A DNA stretch of 54,326 bases from an uncultured Clostridia bacterium (lineage in GTDB: Bacteria; Bacillota; DTU025; MWDF01): the NCBI GenBank assembly GCA_964532805.1, contig CAZHKX010000002.1, positions 1 to 54,326 of the forward strand, given 5' to 3'. The translations under genes and the position numbers were made by a program. The notes beneath the pieces are model-generated. The model did not search any database and had not been told where the DNA came from. It was given only the letters and a program-made list of their open reading frames with translations. Below are positions 1 through 7,897 of the stretch, in pieces; the stretch's first letter is position 1, and each line of letters opens with the position of its first letter.

Positions 1-60
1 AAGGCTTCACATCAACCTCTTAAGTCCCAAGCCTTATGCGGTTGCCAAAGGGCATATAAA

Positions 61-90
61 GAGCCTGATCACAATGATCAGGCTCTTTTC
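61..90 (+). terminator. Rho-independent terminator-like hairpin; either the terminator of an off-window upstream gene or the attenuator of a leader truncated by the window edge
   Basis: GAGCCTGATC (61-70) / GATCAGGCTC (76-85) form a perfect 10-bp stem with a 5-nt loop, followed by TTTTC. It lies 22 nt upstream of the ATG at 112. Confidence 0.5.
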
Positions 91-111
91 ATAATCCATA
101 GGAGGTATCAC

Positions 112-633
112 ATGTCTTCCAACAGGACCAGCCAGCTTACCATATCGGCTATGTCCATAGCCCTAGCGCTAGTCATCCCGAGGCTTCTGCATTCGGTGCC
201 GAACGCCGGAACGCTCTTCCTTCCGATGCATTTCCCTATTCTGATGGGAGCATTCTTCCTCGAGCCGGGCTATGCTCTCATGGTAGGCCTGATTACTCCC
301 GCCTTGAGCACCGTCATAACTGGCATGCCGCCGGCATTTCCAGTGCTTCCCTTCATGATGGCTGAACTTGCGACCTATGCGCTTGCGGCGAGCATGCTTT
401 CAAGAAAGCTGAAGCTCGACAGGACGATATCCCTTGTGGGAGCCATGGTGCTTGGACGGGCCGCAGCTTCAGTAGCTGTGTGGGTCCTAGTCGTAGCATT
501 CGGGGCGAAGCTTCCCTCGGCATGGAAGTTCTTCCTTGCGGCGTTCACGGGAAGCCTGCCAGGCATTGCGATACAGCTTGCCCTCATCCCTTCAATCGTA
601 TCGGTGGTGCAGAAGGGCAGATCCTCAAGGTAG
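112..633 (+). CDS. ECF-transporter S-component-like integral membrane protein (substrate unknown)
   Basis: 173-aa ORF with a GGAGGT RBS 6-7 nt upstream. About 6 hydrophobic helices. LPMHFPILMGAFFLEPG and GMPPAFPVLPFM motifs resemble ECF S components. Confidence 0.55.
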   Translation: MSSNRTSQLTISAMSIALALVIPRLLHSVPNAGTLFLPMHFPILMGAFFLEPGYALMVGLITPALSTVITGMPPAFPVLPFMMAELATYALAASMLSRKLKLDRTISLVGAMVLGRAAASVAVWVLVVAFGAKLPSAWKFFLAAFTGSLPGIAIQLALIPSIVSVVQKGRSSR

Positions 634-656
634 CGGATACACATATGCATTAATGC

Positions 657-695
657 GACAGGGGGCTATCGAAGGATATGCCCCCTGTCCGCTTT
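657..695. terminator. Bidirectional terminator hairpin between convergent genes
   Basis: GACAGGGGGC (657-666) / GCCCCCTGTC (680-689) form a perfect 10-bp stem with a 13-nt loop, then CGCTTTC. It sits between the stops at 633 (+) and 696 (-). Confidence 0.6.
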
Positions 696-1583
696 CTATC
701 TCTTCTTCAGCTTGAGCGCCTCTAACTGCTCCCTGCTCCAGGAGGGGGGGTCGAACAGCAGTTTCGGATTCTCCATATAGTGCTTGAAGACCTTCAGCGA
801 GTTGCCGTAATAGGTGCCGTCGGCCAGCCTGTCGTCCAAGGTGAGATATATGTCGAGCACGCTTGCAGTCCTTCCCTCCCCGCTCCTTGCGTCTGTCACG
901 GTGGCCTTCTTGATCTTGCCGATCGCCATGATGATGCCGCTGTTGCCCCAGTTGAACAGGTGGTGGAACACCCCGTCTATGCCGATGCTGCCCAGGTTCG
1001 TCACAAGGGCGGTGCTGTATGACGGGTCGGTGTCTATCATGAAGCCCGGAAGCATGTTGTGTGCGTCCAGCAGCTTATAGGCCCACATGAAGGCCCCGAT
1101 GATGGGCTTCGGCAGCTTCATGAGGAAGTCGATCTCCTTTTCGGAGCTGCTTCCGGCATCGCTCTTGCTTTCGACGATATAGGCCCTCATCTTCCGGGAT
1201 ATGTCCTCCAGTGTGTCCTCAGGTCTGAACCTGGCCTTCACAAGGCCCTCTACCCCCTCGTCCGACAGCTGCTTCTTAGCCACCAAGCTGAACGATATCT
1301 CGTTTCTCTGGTAGAAGTCGTGCCCGGACACGAAGGTGTTCAGAAGGGGCCTTTCCACCACGGTCCGCAGATAGGCTGCTATTATCAGATGAAGCACGGT
1401 CACCCTGTCTTCGGGTGCCTTGCCCCTGTTTCTGTCAAGCAGCATGGAGATGGCTTCGTCCATAAGCAGGGTGTCCTTGTAATAAAGGCAGGACTCGTCC
1501 CTGGTGACGCAAGTATAGGTTAAAACTCTCTTGAAGCTTGGCACCTTGAAGTAGGTCCCGTCGGGGCGGTTTCGAAACAGCAT
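696..1583 (-). CDS. 2-oxoacid dehydrogenase E2 catalytic-domain-like (CAT-fold) acyltransferase family protein without a lipoyl domain, paralog A
   Basis: The C-terminal LTLDDRLADGTYYGNSLKVFKHYMENP aligns to the E2 motif S.DHR.iDGa....F. TNLGSIGIDG...GIIMAIGKI aligns to the E2 SNLG...aILavG. The start was moved to the ATG at 1583 (MLFRNRPDG), which has a GGGAGGT RBS 8 nt upstream and matches the paralog N-terminus. Confidence 0.6.
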   Translation of the reverse strand: MLFRNRPDGTYFKVPSFKRVLTYTCVTRDESCLYYKDTLLMDEAISMLLDRNRGKAPEDRVTVLHLIIAAYLRTVVERPLLNTFVSGHDFYQRNEISFSLVAKKQLSDEGVEGLVKARFRPEDTLEDISRKMRAYIVESKSDAGSSSEKEIDFLMKLPKPIIGAFMWAYKLLDAHNMLPGFMIDTDPSYSTALVTNLGSIGIDGVFHHLFNWGNSGIIMAIGKIKKATVTDARSGEGRTASVLDIYLTLDDRLADGTYYGNSLKVFKHYMENPKLLFDPPSWSREQLEALKLKKR

Positions 1584-1663
1584 GGCAGATACCTCCCGCA
1601 TCCTTCATGGCTCCATTATAGTTTCCGTATCCGCGGCCTGTAATCCTTCGCGCCGGCAAGGAC

Positions 1664-1696
1664 ATAAAAAAGCCCGGTAGCTTGAAGCCCCCGGGC
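1664..1696 (-). terminator. Rho-independent terminator between the two E2-like paralogs
   Basis: On the minus strand: GCCCGG-13 nt-CCGGGC followed by TTTTTTAT. Confidence 0.5.
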
Positions 1697-1724
1697 GTCG
1701 CCTTATACTCCCCCGCACCTTCTG

Positions 1725-2609
1725 TCAGTCCTTCAAGTCCAGCTCCCTTATCTGCCCCTCAGTTAGCGCCGCCTGCTCTAGAAGCTGTCGGGGGTGCTCA
1801 ATGAAGTCCTTGAAGAGCTTCAGGGAGTTTCCATAGTAGACCCCGTCTGCCACCCTGTCGTCCAGGGTCATCTTCATGTCTATCACGCTGGCTATCTTCA
1901 TGTCTCCGGACCGCGTCTCGAAGATAGGGGCCTTCTTAAGCTTACCCACGGAGATGAATATCGAGCATGTCCCCCAATTGTAGAGGTGATGGTATATCGA
2001 ATCCATCCCGATGCTTCCGAGATTGGTGAAGAAGGCGGTCGAGTAGATGGGGTCCGTCTTCATCATCGCCCCCGGCAGGAGGTTATGATAGTCGAGGAAG
2101 CGATACAGCCACATGAACGCCTTGATGAAGGGCCTGGGAAGCGCCATCACTATGTCTATCTCTTTTTCGGTCGTATTGCCCGCCTCGCTCTTGCCGCGGG
2201 ATACGGCCTCCCTTATCTTCCTTGTGACATCCAGCAGAGAATCCTGCGGCTTCAGGGGAATCCTCACGAACGACTCCATGCCCTCGTCGGTTATCTCCTT
2301 CTTGGTCACGAAGCTGAAGATTATCTCGTTTCTCCTGTAGTACCTCTGGCCTGCCACGAATGTGTTCAGTATGGGCCTCTGCGCGACGGTGCGAAGAAGG
2401 GAGGTCAGTATGACATGGAAGAGGTTGATCCTGTCTTCCGGCTGCTTGCCCCTGTTTATCTCAAGCAGCATCGCTATGGCCTCCTCCATATTGAACCTGT
2501 CGGTACAGTACAGGACAGATTCGTCTCTCGAGGGGAACATATAGGGGTTGAGCTTCTTGTAGTTGGGGACCCTCATCGCCTTGCCGTCCGCCCTGTCCCT
2601 GAAGATCAT
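1725..2609 (-). CDS. 2-oxoacid dehydrogenase E2 catalytic-domain-like acyltransferase family protein, paralog B
   Basis: 294 aa, colinear with paralog A along its whole length (MIFRDRADG..., TNLGSIGMDSIYHHLYNWG, MTLDDRVADGVYYGNSLKLFKDFIEHP). Confidence 0.6.
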   Translation of the reverse strand: MIFRDRADGKAMRVPNYKKLNPYMFPSRDESVLYCTDRFNMEEAIAMLLEINRGKQPEDRINLFHVILTSLLRTVAQRPILNTFVAGQRYYRRNEIIFSFVTKKEITDEGMESFVRIPLKPQDSLLDVTRKIREAVSRGKSEAGNTTEKEIDIVMALPRPFIKAFMWLYRFLDYHNLLPGAMMKTDPIYSTAFFTNLGSIGMDSIYHHLYNWGTCSIFISVGKLKKAPIFETRSGDMKIASVIDMKMTLDDRVADGVYYGNSLKLFKDFIEHPRQLLEQAALTEGQIRELDLKD

Positions 2610-2839
2610 GAGCCTACCTCCGATGCGTAGCTATTTTAAGCATATCAAAGCAATTATACATCATAAGGGCGAAACGGACAGAAGTGGCGCATCCGGCAAG
2701 CTTAAGAAGGCCTAGATGCCGCATCATCCGCATTTGAGACGCTCTAAGCCCGGGCGTATTTGGGGCAGGGGTATCTGCACAGCTTATTTGCACTACAATA
2801 CTGTCCCGGTCATTGATAAAATAGTAAAGGAGTTGCGAC

Positions 2840-2880
2840 GGCGCGGGCATCGTGTCTTACGGCCCGCGCCGAGATTTTCC
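2840..2880 (+). terminator. Terminator-like hairpin immediately upstream of the HAD/gpmI RBS (possible leader attenuator)
   Basis: GGCGCGGGC (2840-2848) / GCCCGCGCC (2862-2870) form a perfect 9-bp stem with a 13-nt loop, then GAGATTTTCC. There is no + strand gene upstream for it to terminate. Confidence 0.35.
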
Positions 2881-2892
2881 AAAGGAGGAAAG

Positions 2893-3714
2893 ATGCCTTA
2901 CAGGATGCTAGTCACAGACCTGGATTTCACGTGCCTTAACGAGGCGCATGAGATTCCGGAGGGCAACCTGCTTGCGGCAAGGCGTGCCGTCGAAGAGGGG
3001 ATAATCTTCACCGTAGCTACGGGAAGGGGAAAGGCCGCCGCCGACAAGATCGTCAGGACGCTGGGGCCGAACGCCCCGGTCATCCTACAGAACGGCATGA
3101 ACATATATGATTTCGGTACGGAGAGGATGATAGCGGAGCACCTCATAGACACCGACGTCGCCATCAGGTCCGTCATCTGGGCCCAAGAACGCGGCCTGAT
3201 ACCGGTCCTTTCCATGGACGACAGGCATTACGTGGCGAACAGGGACCACCCAAGGATCTTCGCGCTTGAAAGGCTCGAAGGCGTGCCCACCGTGGAGACC
3301 GGCGACATGGCCGGATTCCTGATGGATGCAAGAGAATCGGTCAGGGTGGCGAATGTCCTATACATCTGCACCGAAGAGGAGCGCGATTCCCTTGCCCAGG
3401 AGGCGTCGGCCGCCTTCCCTGAGGTCAAGGTGATAGTCTCCGGCCCTCCTTTCGTGGAGTTTCTGAACAGGGACGCATCGAAAGGGCACGCGCTTAAGGA
3501 GATATGCGAGATAATGGGCATAGACCTGAAAGATGTCGTCTCCGTGGGGGATGCGCCAAACGATGCCGAGATGTTAATGGAATCCGGCATGTCCTATGCC
3601 GTGGCCAACGCAGAGGAAGAGATCAAGAGGATAGCGAAGAAGACAGCGGCCAGGACCAACTCGGAGGCGGTCCTCCCCGAGATATTATGGGACGCGTTCG
3701 GCATAGCCGTCTGA
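2893..3714 (+). CDS. Cof-type HAD-IIB family hydrolase (sugar-phosphate phosphatase-like)
   Basis: Start moved to the ATG at 2893 (AAAGGAGG RBS). HAD motif I is LVTDLDFTCL and motif IV is SVGDAPNDAEML. Length is 273 aa. Confidence 0.8.
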   Translation: MPYRMLVTDLDFTCLNEAHEIPEGNLLAARRAVEEGIIFTVATGRGKAAADKIVRTLGPNAPVILQNGMNIYDFGTERMIAEHLIDTDVAIRSVIWAQERGLIPVLSMDDRHYVANRDHPRIFALERLEGVPTVETGDMAGFLMDARESVRVANVLYICTEEERDSLAQEASAAFPEVKVIVSGPPFVEFLNRDASKGHALKEICEIMGIDLKDVVSVGDAPNDAEMLMESGMSYAVANAEEEIKRIAKKTAARTNSEAVLPEILWDAFGIAV

Positions 3715-3746
3715 CGCCCCCGCCTATAGAAACGGAAGGTGATCTA

Positions 3747-5282
3747 ATGAACGCAGGCAAGAAAGTGATGCTAGTCATAATGGACGGCTGGGGCGTACCC
3801 AAGAAGCTCGCCGACAGCGCCATAAACCCCGTCAACGCACCCAACGTCACCCATTATTCCGACCTTAACGCATACTGCACGCTACCCGCCCACGGAGGGG
3901 CGGTAGGCCTTCCCGACGGCCAGATGGGCGGCTCCGAGGTGGGGCATCTGTGCCTCGGCTCCGGAAGGATAGTCCCGCAGGCGCTCGCCTACATAGACGG
4001 GCTTGTGGAAAGCGGCGAGTTCTATAACAACAAGGTGCTCCATGATGCATTCGACGCGGCAACGGGCTCGGGCGGCGCAGTGCACCTTATGGGCCTGCTC
4101 TCCCCCGGAGGGGTTCACTCCCATACAAGGCACGTCGAGGCGCTTGTCAGGTTTGCAAAGGCCAGGGGCGTCAAGGAGCTGTTCATACACGCTTTCCTTG
4201 ACGGAAGGGACGTGGCCCCCAGAAGCGCAAGGGACCAGGTCGCAGACGTGGAGGCAATGCTGAAGCGCGAGGGCCTTGGCAGAATCGCCACCGTATCCGG
4301 CAGGTATTATCCCATGGACCGCGACAACAGGTGGGACAGGGTTAAGAAGGGCTGGGACGCGATGGTCCTCGGAAGAGGAAGGATAGCGGCCCACGCGACC
4401 GAGGCCATAGAAGCATCCTACCAGGAGGGGGTAAGCGACGAGTTCGTAGTACCCACCGTCATCTTCAACGACGGCGCCGCTATCGGCACGGTCAAAGACG
4501 GCGACTCTGTCATCTTCTTCAACTTCAGGGGCGACCGCGCAAGGGAGATCACAAGGGCCTTCAACGAGCCCGGCTTCAACGCCTTCGAAAGGGAGGCCTC
4601 CCCGAAGGTGCACTATGTGTGCTTCATGGACTATCTGAAGGAGCCGGGATACAAGATAGCATTCTCTCAGCCGGACACTGCTGACGGGCTTTCGGAGACG
4701 CTGTCGAGGCACGGCTTAAGGCAGCTGCACACCGCCGAGACGGAGAAGTTCGCCCATGTCACTTACTTTTTCAACGGCGGAAGGGAGGAGCCGTTCGAAG
4801 GGGAGGACCGCATCATGGTCCCGTCCCCGAAGGTGGCGACCTATGACCTGAAGCCCGAGATGAGCGCGCATGAGGTGGCCGAGACAGTAGTTGAGGCGCT
4901 CAGGTCGGAGAAGTACGATTTCATAGCCGTCAACTTCGCAAACTGCGACATGGTTGGCCACACGGGAGTATATGAGGCGGCGGTCCAGGCGGTGCGCACA
5001 GTTGACTTCTGCGTGGGAAGGGTAGTGGAGAAGGCGAAGGCCATGGGCTGGACTGTCATGATAACGGCGGACCACGGCAACGCCGACGAGATGAAGGACC
5101 CGGCGACCGGAGAGATGTCGACCGCGCATTCATTGAACCCGGTGCCCTTCATCGTCATCGGGGAGGATTACTCGAAGCTAAGGTCCGACGGAAATTTCGG
5201 CGATGTCGCGCCGACGATACTGGAGGCCTTCGGAATAGAAAAGCCGGCCGCGATGGCCGGCAGAAGCCTGGCGATTAGATGA
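3747..5282 (+). CDS. gpmI: 2,3-bisphosphoglycerate-independent phosphoglycerate mutase
   Basis: Start at the ATG at 3747 (MNAGKKVMLVIMDGWG). Motifs GGSEVGHL, NFANCDMVGHTG and ADHGNAD are present. Length is 511 aa. Confidence 0.95.
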   Translation: MNAGKKVMLVIMDGWGVPKKLADSAINPVNAPNVTHYSDLNAYCTLPAHGGAVGLPDGQMGGSEVGHLCLGSGRIVPQALAYIDGLVESGEFYNNKVLHDAFDAATGSGGAVHLMGLLSPGGVHSHTRHVEALVRFAKARGVKELFIHAFLDGRDVAPRSARDQVADVEAMLKREGLGRIATVSGRYYPMDRDNRWDRVKKGWDAMVLGRGRIAAHATEAIEASYQEGVSDEFVVPTVIFNDGAAIGTVKDGDSVIFFNFRGDRAREITRAFNEPGFNAFEREASPKVHYVCFMDYLKEPGYKIAFSQPDTADGLSETLSRHGLRQLHTAETEKFAHVTYFFNGGREEPFEGEDRIMVPSPKVATYDLKPEMSAHEVAETVVEALRSEKYDFIAVNFANCDMVGHTGVYEAAVQAVRTVDFCVGRVVEKAKAMGWTVMITADHGNADEMKDPATGEMSTAHSLNPVPFIVIGEDYSKLRSDGNFGDVAPTILEAFGIEKPAAMAGRSLAIR

Positions 5283-5678
5283 TCACGCCAGGCCTAGGCT
5301 AAGCTTGCCGATGGTCTGCATGGTGCCGGGCTTGAAGGTCGCGCTCCTGAAGGCGTGCCTCATGGCCATCACCATAAGATAGTGCGTCATTATGGACCTT
5401 TCGACCGGCTTGCGGTGCTCGAGCTCCATGGCAAGGGATGCGTCGGGCAGATAGAGCTCCAGGTCCTTTATGCCAGAGGAGAAGGCGGACTGCATGGCAA
5501 GCCTCACGGCGTCTAGCCTAGCCGACCTAAGGTTGGGCCTTCCGGACGATATTGGGGCGACTTCCTCCGAAAGCGTGTTGCCGTCCTGGTCCACTATCAA
5601 AGACCATGTGTTTACGGTGCCGTCCGGCCCTATGAAAGCGTCGGTATAAGCGCTGGCCTTAACCGGAATCCTTGACAT
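5283..5678 (-). CDS. Hypothetical 131-aa protein, candidate SOS-regulon member; weak RNase H-like sequence pattern
   Basis: The ORF has a GAGGTG RBS 6 nt before the ATG at 5678 (MSRIPVK...). A consensus promoter containing a LexA box lies directly upstream. YTDA...NLRSARLDAVRLAMQSA...LYLPDAS loosely follows the RNase H fold pattern, but with non-canonical catalytic positions. Confidence 0.5.
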   Translation of the reverse strand: MSRIPVKASAYTDAFIGPDGTVNTWSLIVDQDGNTLSEEVAPISSGRPNLRSARLDAVRLAMQSAFSSGIKDLELYLPDASLAMELEHRKPVERSIMTHYLMVMAMRHAFRSATFKPGTMQTIGKLSLGLA

Positions 5679-5705
5679 CGTCATCACCTCGCAGTCTCTG
5701 ATATA

Positions 5706-5733
5706 ATTATACCGAACATATGTTCTATGTCAA
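5706..5733 (-). promoter_or_regulatory. Near-consensus sigma-A/sigma-70 promoter
   Basis: The minus strand reads TTGACA (5733-5728) - 16 nt - TATAAT (5711-5706). The ATG at 5678 is about 28 nt downstream of the -10. Confidence 0.7.
5713..5726. promoter_or_regulatory. LexA operator (Firmicute Cheo/SOS box)
   Basis: CGAACATATGTTCT contains a perfect GAAC-N4-GTTC palindrome (5714-5725), matching the CGAACN4GTTCG consensus. It occupies the spacer of the minus-strand promoter. It also lies just downstream of a plus-strand extended -10 (TGATATAAT, 5699-5707). Confidence 0.7.
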
Positions 5734-5760
5734 TAAGCAAGGGGGTGTTTTGTACCCAAA

Positions 5761-7218
5761 ATGGACCTAGACAACATCTACGCTCCACTGTTCCAGGCGC
5801 TGAGGAAGCACGCGGACATGGACCCTTACCAGTTCCATGTGCCGGGTCATAAGGCGGGCAAAGCCTATCCCAAGGAGATATTCGAGTGGCTGAGGGACTA
5901 TGCCATGAGGATAGACCTGACCGAGCAGCCCGACATCGACTGCCTGCTTGCTCCGTCAGGCCCGATAAAGGAGGCCCAGGAGAACGCCGCCAGGGTGTTC
6001 AAGTGCGACAGGACCTTCTTCCTTACCAACGGAAGCACATCGGGCGTGCAGGCGATGCTTCTTACCAACTCGGGGCCGGGAAAGAAGATAATAATGCCTA
6101 GGGATGCTCACATGTCCGCCTTCAGCGGCCTTGTGATGTCCGGGGCCCAGCCGGTCTTCGTGTACCCTGACGTCGACCCTAAGTGGGGCGTGACTAGGGG
6201 AGTCCCGTTCGCCGAATACGAGAAGGCGCTTGATGCCCACGACGACATATGCGCCTGCTATATAACCAGGCCCAACTACTACGGCATGTGCCCCGAGATA
6301 AAGCAGGTGGTTAGGCTCTGCCACGAGAAGGGCATACCTGTCCTGGTGGACGAGGCGCACGGGGCCCACATAGGATTCCATTCCGAGATGCCCGATTCTG
6401 CGCTAGAGTCAGGGGCCGACTACGTCGTCCAGAGCGCCCACAAGACCCTTCAGGCATACACTGGCGGCTCATGGATGCACCTTCAGGGATCTCTGGCAGA
6501 CGCGGACAAGGCGTCCAGGATGGTGGCCCTGCTGCTGTCTACTAGCCCCTCGTACATCATAATGGCGACGCTCGACCTAACCGCATACCTTATGGGGGAA
6601 AGCGGCAGGGAGATCGTGGACAGGCAGTACAGGCTAAACAAGGAGTTCAGGAGAGAGGCCTCCAGGCTCAAGGGCATAAGGATAATAAACGACACGATCA
6701 TTGACCCGCTCCGGATCACGGTATCGGGCTCGGACCTAGGACTTTCCGGAATTGAGCTCGACAGCATATTGAGAAACGAGTATAGAGTGTGCGCAGAGAT
6801 GGCAGACCTTGAGAACGTCGTCATAATCCAGACCGTGGCCGACGACGAGGTTACGATGAAGGCCCTTCTCGACGCGCTGAAGGACATAAGCACCAGGTTT
6901 AAGGCCGACCCCTCGAAGCGCTCCAGGCTGGGAAGGCAGGTCGCGGCAACCATGCTGGCGATGCAGCCGAGCCCGGTGAGGATGACGATGAGGGAGGCCG
7001 CCTTCAAGGAGAGCGACACTGTGCCTCTCACCCAGGCCGTCGGCTACGTCGCATCGGAGACCGTCTCGGTATATCCCCCGGGGATACCGACCATACTTCC
7101 GGGCGAGGAGATAACAGCAGAGAAGGCGGTCCTTATAATAGACCTTGCGCGCTCGGGCTATTTCATCAAGGGGCTAAGAGGCTCGGAGGATTTCGGCATC
7201 AGGGTCGTAAGGCAGTAG
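5761..7218 (+). CDS. PLP-dependent Orn/Lys/Arg decarboxylase family protein (B. subtilis YaaO-like)
   Basis: 485 aa. PLP-lysine motif SAHKTL. It occupies the same position upstream of tmk as yaaO in Bacillus. Confidence 0.85.
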   Translation: MDLDNIYAPLFQALRKHADMDPYQFHVPGHKAGKAYPKEIFEWLRDYAMRIDLTEQPDIDCLLAPSGPIKEAQENAARVFKCDRTFFLTNGSTSGVQAMLLTNSGPGKKIIMPRDAHMSAFSGLVMSGAQPVFVYPDVDPKWGVTRGVPFAEYEKALDAHDDICACYITRPNYYGMCPEIKQVVRLCHEKGIPVLVDEAHGAHIGFHSEMPDSALESGADYVVQSAHKTLQAYTGGSWMHLQGSLADADKASRMVALLLSTSPSYIIMATLDLTAYLMGESGREIVDRQYRLNKEFRREASRLKGIRIINDTIIDPLRITVSGSDLGLSGIELDSILRNEYRVCAEMADLENVVIIQTVADDEVTMKALLDALKDISTRFKADPSKRSRLGRQVAATMLAMQPSPVRMTMREAAFKESDTVPLTQAVGYVASETVSVYPPGIPTILPGEEITAEKAVLIIDLARSGYFIKGLRGSEDFGIRVVRQ

Positions 7219-7245
7219 GCCGGCCATGCCGCTTAGGAGGGCATT

Positions 7246-7896
7246 ATGTTCATAACATTCGAAGGGCCGGACGGCTGCGGCAAGTCGACACAGGCAAGGC
7301 TTCTGGCCCAGTCGCTGGAGCAGATGGGCGTTGACGTGCTGCTGACTAGGGAGCCGGGCGGGACCGAGATAGGCCGCAAGGTAAGGCAGATAATCCTCTC
7401 CCACACCTCAGAGGGCATGGGGCCCGAGGCGGAGGCCCTGCTTTATGCCGCTGATAGGGCTCAGCACGTATTCGAGGTGCTTAAGCCGGCCCTTTCCGCC
7501 GGCAAGGTGGTAATATCGGACAGGTTCGTGGATTCAAGCTATGCCTACCAGGCAGTTGCACTGAACGTGGGGATGGGGGCCGTGAAGGCCGCAAACGACA
7601 TCGCCGTGGCAGGCCTGAAGCCGGACCTGACCATACTGCTGGACGTGGACCCCCAGACCGGAATAGGCAGGGTACGGCGCTCAAGGGCCGGCTCCAACGC
7701 CGAGATAGACAGGATAGAGGCCAGGGACCTGGATTATCATGCGAGGGTCAGGAGGGCTTATCTCGACATGGCGGCAGGTGAGCCGAGAAGAATCAGAGTC
7801 GTTGACGCGGCGGCGAACTCGGCCGAGGAAGTCAGGGCTGAGGTCCTGGACATAGTCCTGGGCGCGATGGGCATGAGGCAGGAAGGGTGCAGGTGA
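7246..7896 (+). CDS. tmk: Thymidylate kinase
   Basis: FITFEGPDGCGKSTQ P-loop, DRF..S..AYQ motif, GGAGGG RBS. Confidence 0.95.
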   Translation: MFITFEGPDGCGKSTQARLLAQSLEQMGVDVLLTREPGGTEIGRKVRQIILSHTSEGMGPEAEALLYAADRAQHVFEVLKPALSAGKVVISDRFVDSSYAYQAVALNVGMGAVKAANDIAVAGLKPDLTILLDVDPQTGIGRVRRSRAGSNAEIDRIEARDLDYHARVRRAYLDMAAGEPRRIRVVDAAANSAEEVRAEVLDIVLGAMGMRQEGCR

Positions 7897-7897
7897 T

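Noticed and set aside
2716-2892. Long N-terminal extensions offered by the ORF track. Examples: 2716 for HAD, 3504 for gpmI, 12168 for metG, 28314 for spoVG, 22519 for pfkB, 41287 for mfd and 48548 for the SLT protein.
   Set aside because: Internal starts have canonical GGAGG-type RBSs at 5-10 nt and coincide with the conserved N-termini of the families. The extensions are Arg/Pro-rich, or they overlap neighbouring genes.
3882-4712. 276-aa ORF antisense to gpmI. Similar long shadow ORFs lie at 1794..2630, 15337..16185, 24348..25064 and 39389..40363.
   Set aside because: They lie entirely opposite strongly supported conserved genes. Their composition is Arg/Gly/Pro-rich and low-complexity. 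They have no RBS. This is typical of antisense ORFs in GC-rich coding DNA.
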